A DNA stretch of 64,000 nucleotides. Source: Anaerolineales bacterium (lineage in GTDB: Bacteria > Chloroflexota > Anaerolineae > Anaerolineales > UBA4823). The notes beneath the pieces are model-generated. The model worked only from the letters and a program-made list of their open reading frames with translations, did not search any database and was not told where the DNA came from. Positions 1-8,021 of the stretch are shown piece after piece (positions within the stretch are counted from its first letter, which is position 1; each line of letters starts with the position of its first letter). The stretch covers positions 45,542-109,541 of the forward strand of contig JBJYXV010000091.1 of the NCBI GenBank assembly GCA_046260155.1, given 5' to 3'. A program made the translations under genes and the position numbers.

Positions 1-237
1 ACCGCACATATGACCTGCCCTAAGCATCGTCCCATCCCCGCCCAGTGCGATCAATAAATCAAACTTGCCACCAGCGATCAGTTTACACAAATTTTCATCA
101 TCGAGCAGACCGGAGGTTACCTGAATTTCCCGCTCGCGCAAGTAGGATACAATGTGTTCTGTTTCCTGGACTGCGATGGAGATCTCGGGGTGGGGGGCGA
201 CAGCGATATGCTGAAAACCAGGTTGTTTATTCAACAT
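1..237 (-). CDS. nadK: NAD kinase, N-terminal 79 codons (gene runs off the left edge)
   Basis: Not in the ORF track. My own translation of the minus strand from ATG 237..235 gives MLNKQPGFQHIAVAPHPEISIAVQETEHIVSYLREREIQV...FDLLIALGGDGTMLRAGHMCG. It contains the GGDGT NAD-kinase signature and stays open to the window edge. Confidence 0.75.
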   Translation of the reverse strand, partial: MLNKQPGFQHIAVAPHPEISIAVQETEHIVSYLREREIQVTSGLLDDENLCKLIAGGKFDLLIALGGDGTMLRAGHMCG

Positions 238-314
238 GGGATAATTATAAACGAGTTTCCCGGTGGCTGATTCTGCGCTAAATATTATTGGGGTTATTGA
301 TAACTCAAGGAAAG

Positions 315-827
315 TCAGCTCAGGGATTGGTCACAAATTGAATAAAAACCGCAATTCAAACACCGATTTTTCGATTGGTGGGACCTATCCACTGATCGCT
401 GTTTTCCAAGCGTGCGTATCTCCCGAATGAGTTGGATAACACTGTGCTCCAACTCTGGTGTGTAGTCGACAGCGATATCCTGGTTGGAATAATGTAATAT
501 ACCGTATTCTGGACGTATACCATAGGCTTGCTCGATGAGCAAGCAGTAAGCAGCTAATTGGTAGATGTGGGAATCATAAGGTTTCGATCTTGCGCGTCCA
601 GATTTTACTTCTACTGGTATTAAGCCATTTTTAGTTTCGACTATAAAATCTGGCTTACCAGTTAAATTGTAGGTGGGATCATATAATGGCGTCTCGATTT
701 TTCCCCACTCGCTATGATCGGTATAGATTAATCTCCCGGATGGTAATCCGCTGGAACGCCATTGGCGAGTGGATATCCAATAAAGAATGATCCCCAGAAC
801 TAGCAGGACAACGACCAGGTAAGGCAT
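315..827 (-). CDS. Cas4-like PD-(D/E)XK nuclease, C-terminal catalytic fragment with N-terminal TM helix
   Basis: The internal ATG at 827 (MPYLVVVLLVLGIILYWI) starts a hydrophobic helix. Downstream are GKPDFIVE (motif II), IPVEVKSG (ExK), YQLAAY (QxxxY) and the C-terminal Cys triad CLNCGFYSIC. The long ORF to 923 overlaps the upstream ORF in another frame. Confidence 0.7.
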   Translation of the reverse strand: MPYLVVVLLVLGIILYWISTRQWRSSGLPSGRLIYTDHSEWGKIETPLYDPTYNLTGKPDFIVETKNGLIPVEVKSGRARSKPYDSHIYQLAAYCLLIEQAYGIRPEYGILHYSNQDIAVDYTPELEHSVIQLIREIRTLGKQRSVDRSHQSKNRCLNCGFYSICDQSLS

Positions 828-831
828 TGGA

Positions 832-1068
832 TTATATGAGTTTGCCAGCAAGGTAAACAGCAAGCAAAACAATGGCAGCCATGAACAACCCGTATGCGAT
901 GGTGCGCAGGCACCCGCTGACAATCGCTTTGCGGGAATTTTGCAGGTGGATTCTTGTTCCCGCAGCCAGCTCTCGTTGATTTTCAGGGATATGACCCTTC
1001 CGTTGGTACCACCATGCCCGTCTGCAATAGAGGTATGTACCGATTTCGGAGGCTCGAATCGTGCTCAC
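832..1068 (-). CDS. Cas4-like N-terminal fragment (first Fe-S cysteine) with C-terminal TM helix
   Basis: IRASEIGTYLYCRRAWWYQ...GTRIH resembles the Cas4/DUF83 N-terminal helix with its conserved Cys. The C-terminus IAYGLFMAAIVLLAVYLAGKLI is hydrophobic. The GTG start overlaps the translin stop (GTGA). Confidence 0.55.
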   Translation of the reverse strand: MSTIRASEIGTYLYCRRAWWYQRKGHIPENQRELAAGTRIHLQNSRKAIVSGCLRTIAYGLFMAAIVLLAVYLAGKLI

Positions 1069-1700
1069 GATTTTTCCATTCTTTTTTCCAGCTGGGCCAT
1101 CGATTTTTCAAGGTGCTGCTGCTGTAAGCTGAGTGTGATATCACCCCTGGTCCGTTCGAGAATACTTCGTGCAATATCTGTCTGGCGGCGAATTCCCCCG
1201 GTGATTGCATTGGGGTAATCCATAGTGATCAATACTGCAAAAATATCATCCATATGCTGGAGAAGGTTTTCTGCTTCTTCAGAATATCCCAGGCGAAGAA
1301 TATCCAGGCAGCGGCGGCGAAATTCTCCCACTGATTCAGCTAAACCATTCAGGTACGCCGGATTCTCGAGTTTCAACTCCTGGGGTGTCGGCAGTTCTTT
1401 CTCAGTAATTAACGCATAGACGATATTGGCTTCTGCAAATTCCTTGAGGGCATCCTGGGTGTATCCTGCATAATAAAGATCTGGGAAGACATTCAATTCT
1501 GCCTGCAAGGATGCAACAATATTCGAAGCGCTTTCTAATTGATGCTCAGCTGCATCGAAATCGTCCCTGTGCACAGAGCGGATTGCATTCGCGCAGTGAC
1601 GGGTAAGCGTCCGCGCCTGTGAAAGGGCATGATCGCGCGCAGCGGTGCGAGTTTCAAATGCCAGGTGAATGCCTTCAGCAATCTCCGATAATTTATCCAT
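1065..1700 (-). CDS. Translin/TRAX family protein
   Basis: The 211-aa all-helical protein has a layout typical of archaeal/bacterial translin homologues: ...RDHALSQARTLTRHCANAIRSVHRDDFDAAEHQL..., YYAGYTQDALKEFAEANIVYAL, YLNGLAESVGEFRRRCLD. The family assignment is from memory of the family pattern. Confidence 0.65.
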   Translation of the reverse strand: MDKLSEIAEGIHLAFETRTAARDHALSQARTLTRHCANAIRSVHRDDFDAAEHQLESASNIVASLQAELNVFPDLYYAGYTQDALKEFAEANIVYALITEKELPTPQELKLENPAYLNGLAESVGEFRRRCLDILRLGYSEEAENLLQHMDDIFAVLITMDYPNAITGGIRRQTDIARSILERTRGDITLSLQQQHLEKSMAQLEKRMEKS

Positions 1701-1703
1701 GTT

Positions 1704-2042
1704 TTATTCCTCTGGTGGTTCTTCTGTGGGTGAGCCCGGGCGGAAGAGATAATCTGCTAATGATGATGAACCCGGGACATTAATATTTCCAAAAGAGGCT
1801 TCATAACGCTTGATATTTTCACCAAGCGCATGGAAGAGCAGCTTGGCTCCCAGAGGGGACATCACGATCCGGGTGCGAACTTTGGCAGGTTTCGTCCCGG
1901 GTAATAAGTGGGCAAAATCGAAGACCATCTCTGAAGGTGAGTGCGCGATTCTGACCAGGTTGATGTAGATTGCCTCAATATCCTCAGGGACTATCATGGG
2001 CGGCAATTTCGCTGGTTTTGGGCTCTCAGGCTGGTTGGACAT
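1704..2042 (-). CDS. DUF3467 family protein
   Basis: IYINLVRIAHSPSEMVFDFAHLL...RIVMSPLGAKLLFHALGENIKRYEASFGNI matches the remembered DUF3467 pattern. The likely start is ATG 2042 (MSNQPE), preceded by AGGAG. The ORF-track start at 2087 would run into the terminator. Confidence 0.6.
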   Translation of the reverse strand: MSNQPESPKPAKLPPMIVPEDIEAIYINLVRIAHSPSEMVFDFAHLLPGTKPAKVRTRIVMSPLGAKLLFHALGENIKRYEASFGNINVPGSSSLADYLFRPGSPTEEPPEE

Positions 2043-2088
2043 GGCTATCTCCTGATCGAAAATGGGTGGTAAATTAGTCATTTCCAAG

Positions 2089-2122
2089 GCAAAACAGGCG
2101 GAGTGTTTCCTTACCCTCCGCC
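2089..2122 (-). terminator. Intrinsic terminator downstream of ssb
   Basis: The minus strand reads GGCGGAG-12 nt loop-CTCCGCC followed by TGTTTTGC. Confidence 0.5.
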
Positions 2123-2212
2123 CTGGATTTTGCTCTGCTTAAATTTAAGGTGCTCAAGGTTGAAAGATAGTAATGTTGCCTGGTGTGGAATTTGTCACTA
2201 AAACTTGAGGAG

Positions 2213-2629
2213 TTAGAAGGGAATATCCTCGGGTTCCGCTAATCCGGGCGAATCGTCTGCTGAATAACCACCTTCACTTTCACTTCGGGGAGTAAGAAAT
2301 CTCACTACTTCGCCTGTGATTTCATAACTTGCACCAGAGGTTCCATCCTGTCGTGTATATACTCTTGGACCCCCCGTGTCTTTATCAGGATTTAGCCTTC
2401 CTTCAACAAGAACCCGTCTTCCCTTTTTTAGATACTGGTTGCACACTTCTGCGGTTTTACCCCAGGTAGAAATCCGAAACCAGGTTGTTTCATCTACCTG
2501 GTTGCCGTCTGAGGTAGTGTACCTGCGGCTTGTTGCCACATTGAAATTTGTGACCGCTTGACCCGAAGGTGTATACCGCATTTCAGGGTCGCCACCAAGA
2601 TTGCCGATGATGATAATTTTTTGGTACAT
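2213..2629 (-). CDS. ssb: Single-stranded DNA-binding protein
   Basis: The OB-fold N-terminus is MYQKIIIIGNLGGDPEMRYTPSG...TWFRISTWGK. The acidic tail ends in the canonical DIPF. Confidence 0.9.
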   Translation of the reverse strand: MYQKIIIIGNLGGDPEMRYTPSGQAVTNFNVATSRRYTTSDGNQVDETTWFRISTWGKTAEVCNQYLKKGRRVLVEGRLNPDKDTGGPRVYTRQDGTSGASYEITGEVVRFLTPRSESEGGYSADDSPGLAEPEDIPF

Positions 2630-2771
2630 TGGGATTCTCCTTTCAATTCAGTGAGCGGAAAAGGTTTTAGTTACGGACGTACGTCGCCCGTGAATCGCAC
2701 GTGTGACACTCACCGATAACCAGAACAATTGTACACTAAATTTTGCGACAGATAAAGGTATACCAATCAAA

Positions 2772-3605
2772 TTACTCGTTGCGGAATTGGAGGCAGTAAT
2801 GGTGAAAGGTATTGCTGACCCAGGCATTTCCTAACCCATAAGGCGCGAGTCGAATGTCGTCCTGGCACCATATCTTTTCATCTTTCAGGGTGTAGATATC
2901 ACCCAATTTGCTGGCCAGATCCCAGGCAAGGGGATAGATTTTTCCACCCTTCTTAATATTTTTCACGATAATTGTAATATATCCTCGCTCTACAAGATAG
3001 GGTTTTATCGCACGATAGATGCCAACTAACTTCTCAAGGAACAAATCATAATCGTGGATGTTGCCAAGATCTTCTGGATCATCGGAATACTGCAGATCTA
3101 ATTCTTGAGAATTACGCCGTTTTTGTTGGGTTTTGGCGCCTTTTGCGTGCAGCATGTCCCAATAGGGTGGTGAGGTGATCACATAATGAACCGGAGGAAA
3201 TTCATACTCAGCGAAGTATTCCGGGATATCGAGCGCATTCCCAAGAATCACATGGCAGTTCAGGTTCTCGGCACCTTCCCCTAGTCTTTCCCGCTCCTCT
3301 TGCACAGCCTGGTTGGTGATATCGATGTAAGCCTGGTTGAGCTCAATGCCAATGCTGTTGCGACCTGAACGCAAAGCCGCTACCAGGCTGCTGCCGGTAC
3401 CTACCATGGGGTCTAATATGGTCTGGCCTTCCTTGGTGAAGAATTCTATAAATTCTTGAGCCAATGTTTCCGGGAATTTCGCCGGATGGCGAATTACCCC
3501 CTTCTTGCGGGCAGGGGGAGCATGGATGAACCATGATTTCTGAAACTTCAGCCATGATTTTGGATCGAGGTTATTTAATCGGTTTTTAAAGGGGCGTTTA
3601 GCCAT
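2772..3605 (-). CDS. DNA methyltransferase (N4-C/N6-A family, SPPY catalytic motif), no cognate nuclease seen
   Basis: HPAKFPETL and the AdoMet motif I ILDPMVGTGSSLVAA lie in the N-terminal half. GNALDIP...VITSPPYWD and RAIKPYLVERGYITIIV lie in the C-terminal half. Confidence 0.8.
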   Translation of the reverse strand: MAKRPFKNRLNNLDPKSWLKFQKSWFIHAPPARKKGVIRHPAKFPETLAQEFIEFFTKEGQTILDPMVGTGSSLVAALRSGRNSIGIELNQAYIDITNQAVQEERERLGEGAENLNCHVILGNALDIPEYFAEYEFPPVHYVITSPPYWDMLHAKGAKTQQKRRNSQELDLQYSDDPEDLGNIHDYDLFLEKLVGIYRAIKPYLVERGYITIIVKNIKKGGKIYPLAWDLASKLGDIYTLKDEKIWCQDDIRLAPYGLGNAWVSNTFHHYCLQFRNE

Positions 3606-3610
3606 GCAGG

Positions 3611-4420
3611 TTATTGTGAAATCTCTCTTACAACTAGATTTGAAAAATTAACTGTCACTGCGTTCTCTCCTAATGACCGGGCAAAAACACCCAAGTTGCC
3701 AATCTGGAGTGTTGGATCGGTCACAGTGAATTGGTATTGGTCATTAATATAGAAGCGCATCTCTTTTCCCCGCATCCAGACTCCTAACCGGGATGGGATC
3801 AGTGCTCCAGGTGGAACGGAATTATTTTGGATCCAGGGTTGAGGCGAGGTCGCAGTTCCCCCGAGAATGCGGTCCAATCTTACCCGCCCGTCACATGAAA
3901 GGGCAAAACGGTAGAAATCTCCCGGAGAAGACATTCTCAACAGAAGTCCATATTGGTCCTCTGCCTGGCATAAAGTCGGATAAGATGTGATCTCAACGAA
4001 AAAATCTCCTAATTTTGGATCTTCGCGGATACTATATTGGTAAGCACCAGGTTCTGCGATTGCGATGGTGAGCTCATTTACCCCTAGAGAGATATTACCC
4101 GAAACGGACGTTCCCAGCGTCCATAAATCGGAATCACTGAAGTCGTCAGTAAAAATAATTTCTCCCTGATTTTGAATATGCTCCGGTGTTGGAATGTGAG
4201 TAGGCGTTGGCCACCTGGTCGGAGTTGCAGTGGGTGGGAACCATACTACAGTGGGGGTTGGTGAGGCGGTGACTGTTGCGGTGGATGTGACTTCCATCGT
4301 AATCTGGGGAGAGGTTTCGGGAATGCAGGCGCCGAATAGAAGCGGGAGCAACCCGACAGTTAATATGGAGAACAGAGAGAGAATTGAGGTTTCCCGAATC
4401 CTTTGATTAACCAACTTCAT
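3611..4420 (-). CDS. Lipoprotein/membrane-anchored protein with Pro/Thr-rich linker and beta-rich C-terminal domain (possibly LamG/DUF1080-like)
   Basis: The signal sequence and lipobox are LLPLLFGAC. A PT-rich stretch (TASPTPTVVWFPPTATPTRWPTPTHIPTP) follows, then FTDDFSDSDLW...YGLLLRMSSPGDFYRFALSCDGRVRL. It is a paralogue of 38860..39561. Confidence 0.55.
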   Translation of the reverse strand: MKLVNQRIRETSILSLFSILTVGLLPLLFGACIPETSPQITMEVTSTATVTASPTPTVVWFPPTATPTRWPTPTHIPTPEHIQNQGEIIFTDDFSDSDLWTLGTSVSGNISLGVNELTIAIAEPGAYQYSIREDPKLGDFFVEITSYPTLCQAEDQYGLLLRMSSPGDFYRFALSCDGRVRLDRILGGTATSPQPWIQNNSVPPGALIPSRLGVWMRGKEMRFYINDQYQFTVTDPTLQIGNLGVFARSLGENAVTVNFSNLVVREISQ

Positions 4421-4483
4421 ATCTCATATGATATCAAGTATATGCCGGTCTCCTGCTTCTATTGATAAAGAATTAATGTAACT

Positions 4484-5509
4484 TCACCCCTGGTAGAACC
4501 GGCTTATGTTCGGGATCAAATATTCGCTGAATGACCGTTCGATGTCATATTCCGGTTTCCAATCCCAGTCCTGGCGGGCGTGGCTATCATTTAAATCTGC
4601 AGGCCAGGAATCGACGATTTGCTGCCGCTTGATATCTGGATCAAAAGTGATGTCTGCTTTGGGAAAGGCTTTCAGGACTTGTTGACGAAATTGTTCAGCA
4701 GTCAAACTGAAGCTGGTTACATTATAAACGTTGCGACAAAGTTCAGTTTTTGGAGCTCGGGAGAGTGCGATTAATGCAGTCACGGCATCCGGCATTGCCA
4801 TGAAAGGGATCTGGGTGTCTGGCCTGACAAATGCAGCGTAAGGTTCCTGCTTGGCAGCCGCGTGCAGCATTTCCGGGCCATAGTCGCTCGTGCCTCCACT
4901 TGGAACGGTGAAGGCGCTGATCAAACCAGGAAAGCGTACACATCGAAAATCAAGCATTTGCGGGCGTTCTGCCGCCAGCTGCCGGTAATATTCACTGAAA
5001 TAAGTTCCAAGCATTTCACAATACAATTTATTGCAGCCGTACATTGTAATTGGATAATTCCATTCCCATTCCCGGACGCGGGGAAATTTTGACTTCGTGT
5101 CCAAATCTGGCATTCCATAAGCTGCAATCGAACTGGGAAAGATGAATAAAACAGGATCACCGCGCCATTCACTTTGTTCGGAAGCCAATTGAAGCAAACC
5201 CATTGTTCCTTCGACGTTTACCTGGTGTGCAGCTACTGGTGTAAATTCAGCCCGCGTGGAAAGAAGGGCTGCCATATGATAGATGGAGTCGATCTCATAC
5301 TCACTAACCAATCTGCTTAAAAGTGATTTATCAAGTATGTCTCCTTGAATATGATGGGAATATTTTGTATATTCAGCAGGTAAAGGCCGGATATCCAGGG
5401 TAAGAAGATTGTTGTATCCCGATTCAGCTAATATTTTTACCAGCGCCAGGCCCACTTCACCACTCACTCCAGTGATTAACGTGACCTTCTTTCGCATTGC
5501 AGCCTCCAT
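4484..5509 (-). CDS. Extended-SDR NAD-dependent epimerase/dehydratase family, L-threonine 3-dehydrogenase-like
   Basis: The Rossmann motif is VTLITGVSGEVGLALV and the YxxxK motif is YGCNKLY. RFPGLISAFTVPSGGTSDYGPEM resembles the short-chain TDH signature, recalled from memory. Confidence 0.6.
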   Translation of the reverse strand: MEAAMRKKVTLITGVSGEVGLALVKILAESGYNNLLTLDIRPLPAEYTKYSHHIQGDILDKSLLSRLVSEYEIDSIYHMAALLSTRAEFTPVAAHQVNVEGTMGLLQLASEQSEWRGDPVLFIFPSSIAAYGMPDLDTKSKFPRVREWEWNYPITMYGCNKLYCEMLGTYFSEYYRQLAAERPQMLDFRCVRFPGLISAFTVPSGGTSDYGPEMLHAAAKQEPYAAFVRPDTQIPFMAMPDAVTALIALSRAPKTELCRNVYNVTSFSLTAEQFRQQVLKAFPKADITFDPDIKRQQIVDSWPADLNDSHARQDWDWKPEYDIERSFSEYLIPNISRFYQG

Positions 5510-5533
5510 GGTTTCGCTCTAGAAAATTTCTGC

Positions 5534-6826
5534 CTAATTCTTTTCGATGACTTGTTCTCGTTCTGGGCCAACCGATATTAATTTAATCTTGACCCCGATC
5601 AATTGCTCTATGCTCAGCACGTATGATCGTGCAGCGGCTGGCAGCTCTTCCCATTTTCGGACAGAAGTGAGGTCCTGTTCCCATCCTGGAAATTCCTCGT
5701 AGATTGGATCGAAACCGTCTAAATTTCCAGGACCAAAAGGTAATTCGAGATGCGTTTGATTATCTTTGCGATAGCCGGTGCAGATAAATAGTTGATCAAA
5801 ACCAGATAAGATATCGAGCTTGGTAAGAGCTAATTCGTTGATACCGTTAATCCGGGCAGCATAACGGAGGAGAACAAGATCAAGCCATCCGACCCTCCTT
5901 GGTCGCCCAGTGGTTGTTCCAAATTCATCCCATGGTTGTTCGCCTGTCCCCCGCAGTTTGTGAGCCAAGTCCCCTTCGAGTTCAGTCGGGAATGGACCGG
6001 ACCCGACCCGCGTTTGGAATGATTTTGTCACACCAATTACCCGGTCTCCGTAGCCCATGCCGATACCCAGACCGACTAATGCCCCACCTGCAGTTGGTGT
6101 CGAGCTGGTAACGAATGGGTACGTGCCGTGATCCAGATCGAGCAATGTCCCTTGAGCGCCTTCAGCAAGGACTCTCCTTCCCTGTTTTAAAGCACCGGTC
6201 AGGAGCGAGGAAACATCGCTGATATAAGGAGTGATTTCATCCGAATACTGGCATAAATCATCGATCACTCGCTTGGGGTTTATTGGTTCAGCTTGGTAGA
6301 GTTTCGTTAAATGATCGTTGACCTCAGTTACGTGCCTATTGATCCTGGTTTCGAAATTGCCTGCATCGAGCATGTCGAGAAAGCGAATGCCCGCCCGGGA
6401 TACTTTGCTCGTATATGCGGGACCAATGCCTCGTAAGGTCGTTCCGATCATGGTCTTTCCGCGTGCCTGTTCCTGGGCTTTGTCTAGCGCAATGTGCGCA
6501 GGGGTAATGAGGTGAGCACCATAAGAGATTTGCAATCGTTGAGGAGTAATTTCAACCCCAGCGGCAAGCAGGATTTTGATTTCATTTATAAGAATCTCAG
6601 GGCAAACAACAACTCCATTACCTATCACCCCGACAGAATGTGGCTGGATGATCCCGGAAGGAATCAGGTGAAGTTTGAAGGTTTGTGAACCTACCGTAAC
6701 GGTATGACCGGCATTGTCACCCCCGTTAAATCGCGCTACATAATCTGCATCGGCAGCCAGCAGATCAACAAAGCGACCTTTTCCTTCATCTCCCCATTGG
6801 GTGCCAACTACGATATCTAAAGGCAT
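5534..6826 (-). CDS. purA: Adenylosuccinate synthetase
   Basis: GTQWGDEGKGRFVDLLA is the P-loop, followed by GGDNAGHTV and GTTLRGIGPAY. The start is placed at the internal Met (MPLDIVVGTQWGDEGKG). The ORF-track start at 6880 adds 18 unlikely residues. Confidence 0.95.
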   Translation of the reverse strand: MPLDIVVGTQWGDEGKGRFVDLLAADADYVARFNGGDNAGHTVTVGSQTFKLHLIPSGIIQPHSVGVIGNGVVVCPEILINEIKILLAAGVEITPQRLQISYGAHLITPAHIALDKAQEQARGKTMIGTTLRGIGPAYTSKVSRAGIRFLDMLDAGNFETRINRHVTEVNDHLTKLYQAEPINPKRVIDDLCQYSDEITPYISDVSSLLTGALKQGRRVLAEGAQGTLLDLDHGTYPFVTSSTPTAGGALVGLGIGMGYGDRVIGVTKSFQTRVGSGPFPTELEGDLAHKLRGTGEQPWDEFGTTTGRPRRVGWLDLVLLRYAARINGINELALTKLDILSGFDQLFICTGYRKDNQTHLELPFGPGNLDGFDPIYEEFPGWEQDLTSVRKWEELPAAARSYVLSIEQLIGVKIKLISVGPEREQVIEKN

Positions 6827-6987
6827 TTCCTGCTCCAATTCTGTTGTAAAATATTTGACGCAGAACCCGTGTATTTTCATTCTAGCATAAACAAACTTAT
6901 CCGTAAATTCAGCAGCATTTGGTGAAGATTTCTTGCGTATTTTGGCTGGATTCCGAATTTGGATAAAGGAGTAACCAGGAGCATATT

Positions 6988-7878
6988 ATGTTAAAAGTTG
7001 GTTATATTGGTCTGGGATTAATGGGAAAATCAATGGCTGGCAACATACTGAAAGCTGGGTTCCCGCTGACGGTACACAACCGCAGTCTAGAAGCTGTGTT
7101 AGAGCTGCAGGACCAGGGTGCCCAAGCAGCGTCTTCCCCGGCAGAGCTTTGCGCCCAGGTGGATGTGGTGATCACAAATTTACCGGATTCACCTGATGTC
7201 GAACAGGTTGCCCTTGGAAATCTCGGGATCATTGAGGCTGCAAGGGAAGGGCAAATTTATATTGATAACTCCACCATCAAGCCGGCAACAGCCAGGTTGA
7301 TTGCTCAAAAATTAGGTGAGAAAGGTGTTTCATGTTTGGATGCCCCAGTCAGCGGGGGGGATATCGGAGCCAGGCAAGGCACCCTGGCGATCATGGTCGG
7401 AGGTCCAGGTGAGACTTTAGAAAAAGTGAGACCAATCCTGGAAGCAATGGGTAAAAAAATAACTCATGTGGGAGAAGCCGGGGCAGGGCAGATTGCCAAG
7501 GCAGCAAACCAAATTATGGTTGCCGCGCAGATGGTGGCAATGGGAGAACTGATGATTTTCGCTAAGAAAGCCGGTGCTGATCCTGAAAAAGTTGTCGCAG
7601 CGATCCAGGGTGGTGCAGCCCAATGCTGGACTCTGGATGTGAAACCCGAACGTTTATTCTCAGGAAATCGCGAACCCGGATTTAAAGCTTATCTGCAGGC
7701 TAAGGATATGGGTATAGTCTTGGATACTGCCCGGCAGTATGGTATTCCATTATTATCTTCTTCTGTGCACGGCCAGTTGTTCGACGCTATGCTACAGATG
7801 GGTCTGGGCGATAAAGATAATTCTGCGGTAATTGGCGTGATTGAAAAACTGGCAGGAATAAAATTGTTGGATGGTTGA
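6988..7878 (+). CDS. 3-hydroxyisobutyrate/2-hydroxy-3-oxopropionate reductase family dehydrogenase
   Basis: The NAD-binding motif is VGYIGLGLMGKSMAGN. DAPVSGG and the KAANQIMVA region are typical of this family. Confidence 0.8.
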   Translation: MLKVGYIGLGLMGKSMAGNILKAGFPLTVHNRSLEAVLELQDQGAQAASSPAELCAQVDVVITNLPDSPDVEQVALGNLGIIEAAREGQIYIDNSTIKPATARLIAQKLGEKGVSCLDAPVSGGDIGARQGTLAIMVGGPGETLEKVRPILEAMGKKITHVGEAGAGQIAKAANQIMVAAQMVAMGELMIFAKKAGADPEKVVAAIQGGAAQCWTLDVKPERLFSGNREPGFKAYLQAKDMGIVLDTARQYGIPLLSSSVHGQLFDAMLQMGLGDKDNSAVIGVIEKLAGIKLLDG

Positions 7879-8021
7879 TTTGCTTATGTAGATTAATGAT
7901 CAGGGTTGCAAAATCGGGATAAACGAAATTTTGTATTTTCTGATAAACTAAGGGTTAAGGAACAGATTCCGTTTCTGTGTAGCAAAACCACCATTTTTTC
8001 TGGTTAAGATTGAAGGAGTAA

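Noticed and set aside
45-281. 78-aa plus-strand ORF at the left edge.
   Set aside because: The opposite strand encodes a clean NAD kinase N-terminus (GGDGTML) over the same bases. The plus-strand ORF is Arg/Cys-rich with no recognisable family.
940-1218. Plus-strand 92-aa ORF, and minus-strand 75-aa ORF (983..1210), overlapping the translin/Cas4-N junction.
   Set aside because: They are alternative-frame readings of confidently assigned genes and have no motifs.
315-2100. Possible CRISPR-Cas locus, suggested by the Cas4-like gene.
   Set aside because: No repeat-spacer array and no cas1, cas2 or effector genes occur anywhere in the window. The Cas4-like fold also occurs outside CRISPR systems.
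2722-2735. SOS/Cheo-box-like palindrome AGAACAATTGTACA about 95 nt upstream of ssb.
   Set aside because: One half-site is mismatched (GTAC versus GTTC). I found no comparable site upstream of uvrA in this window, and a single imperfect instance is not evidence.
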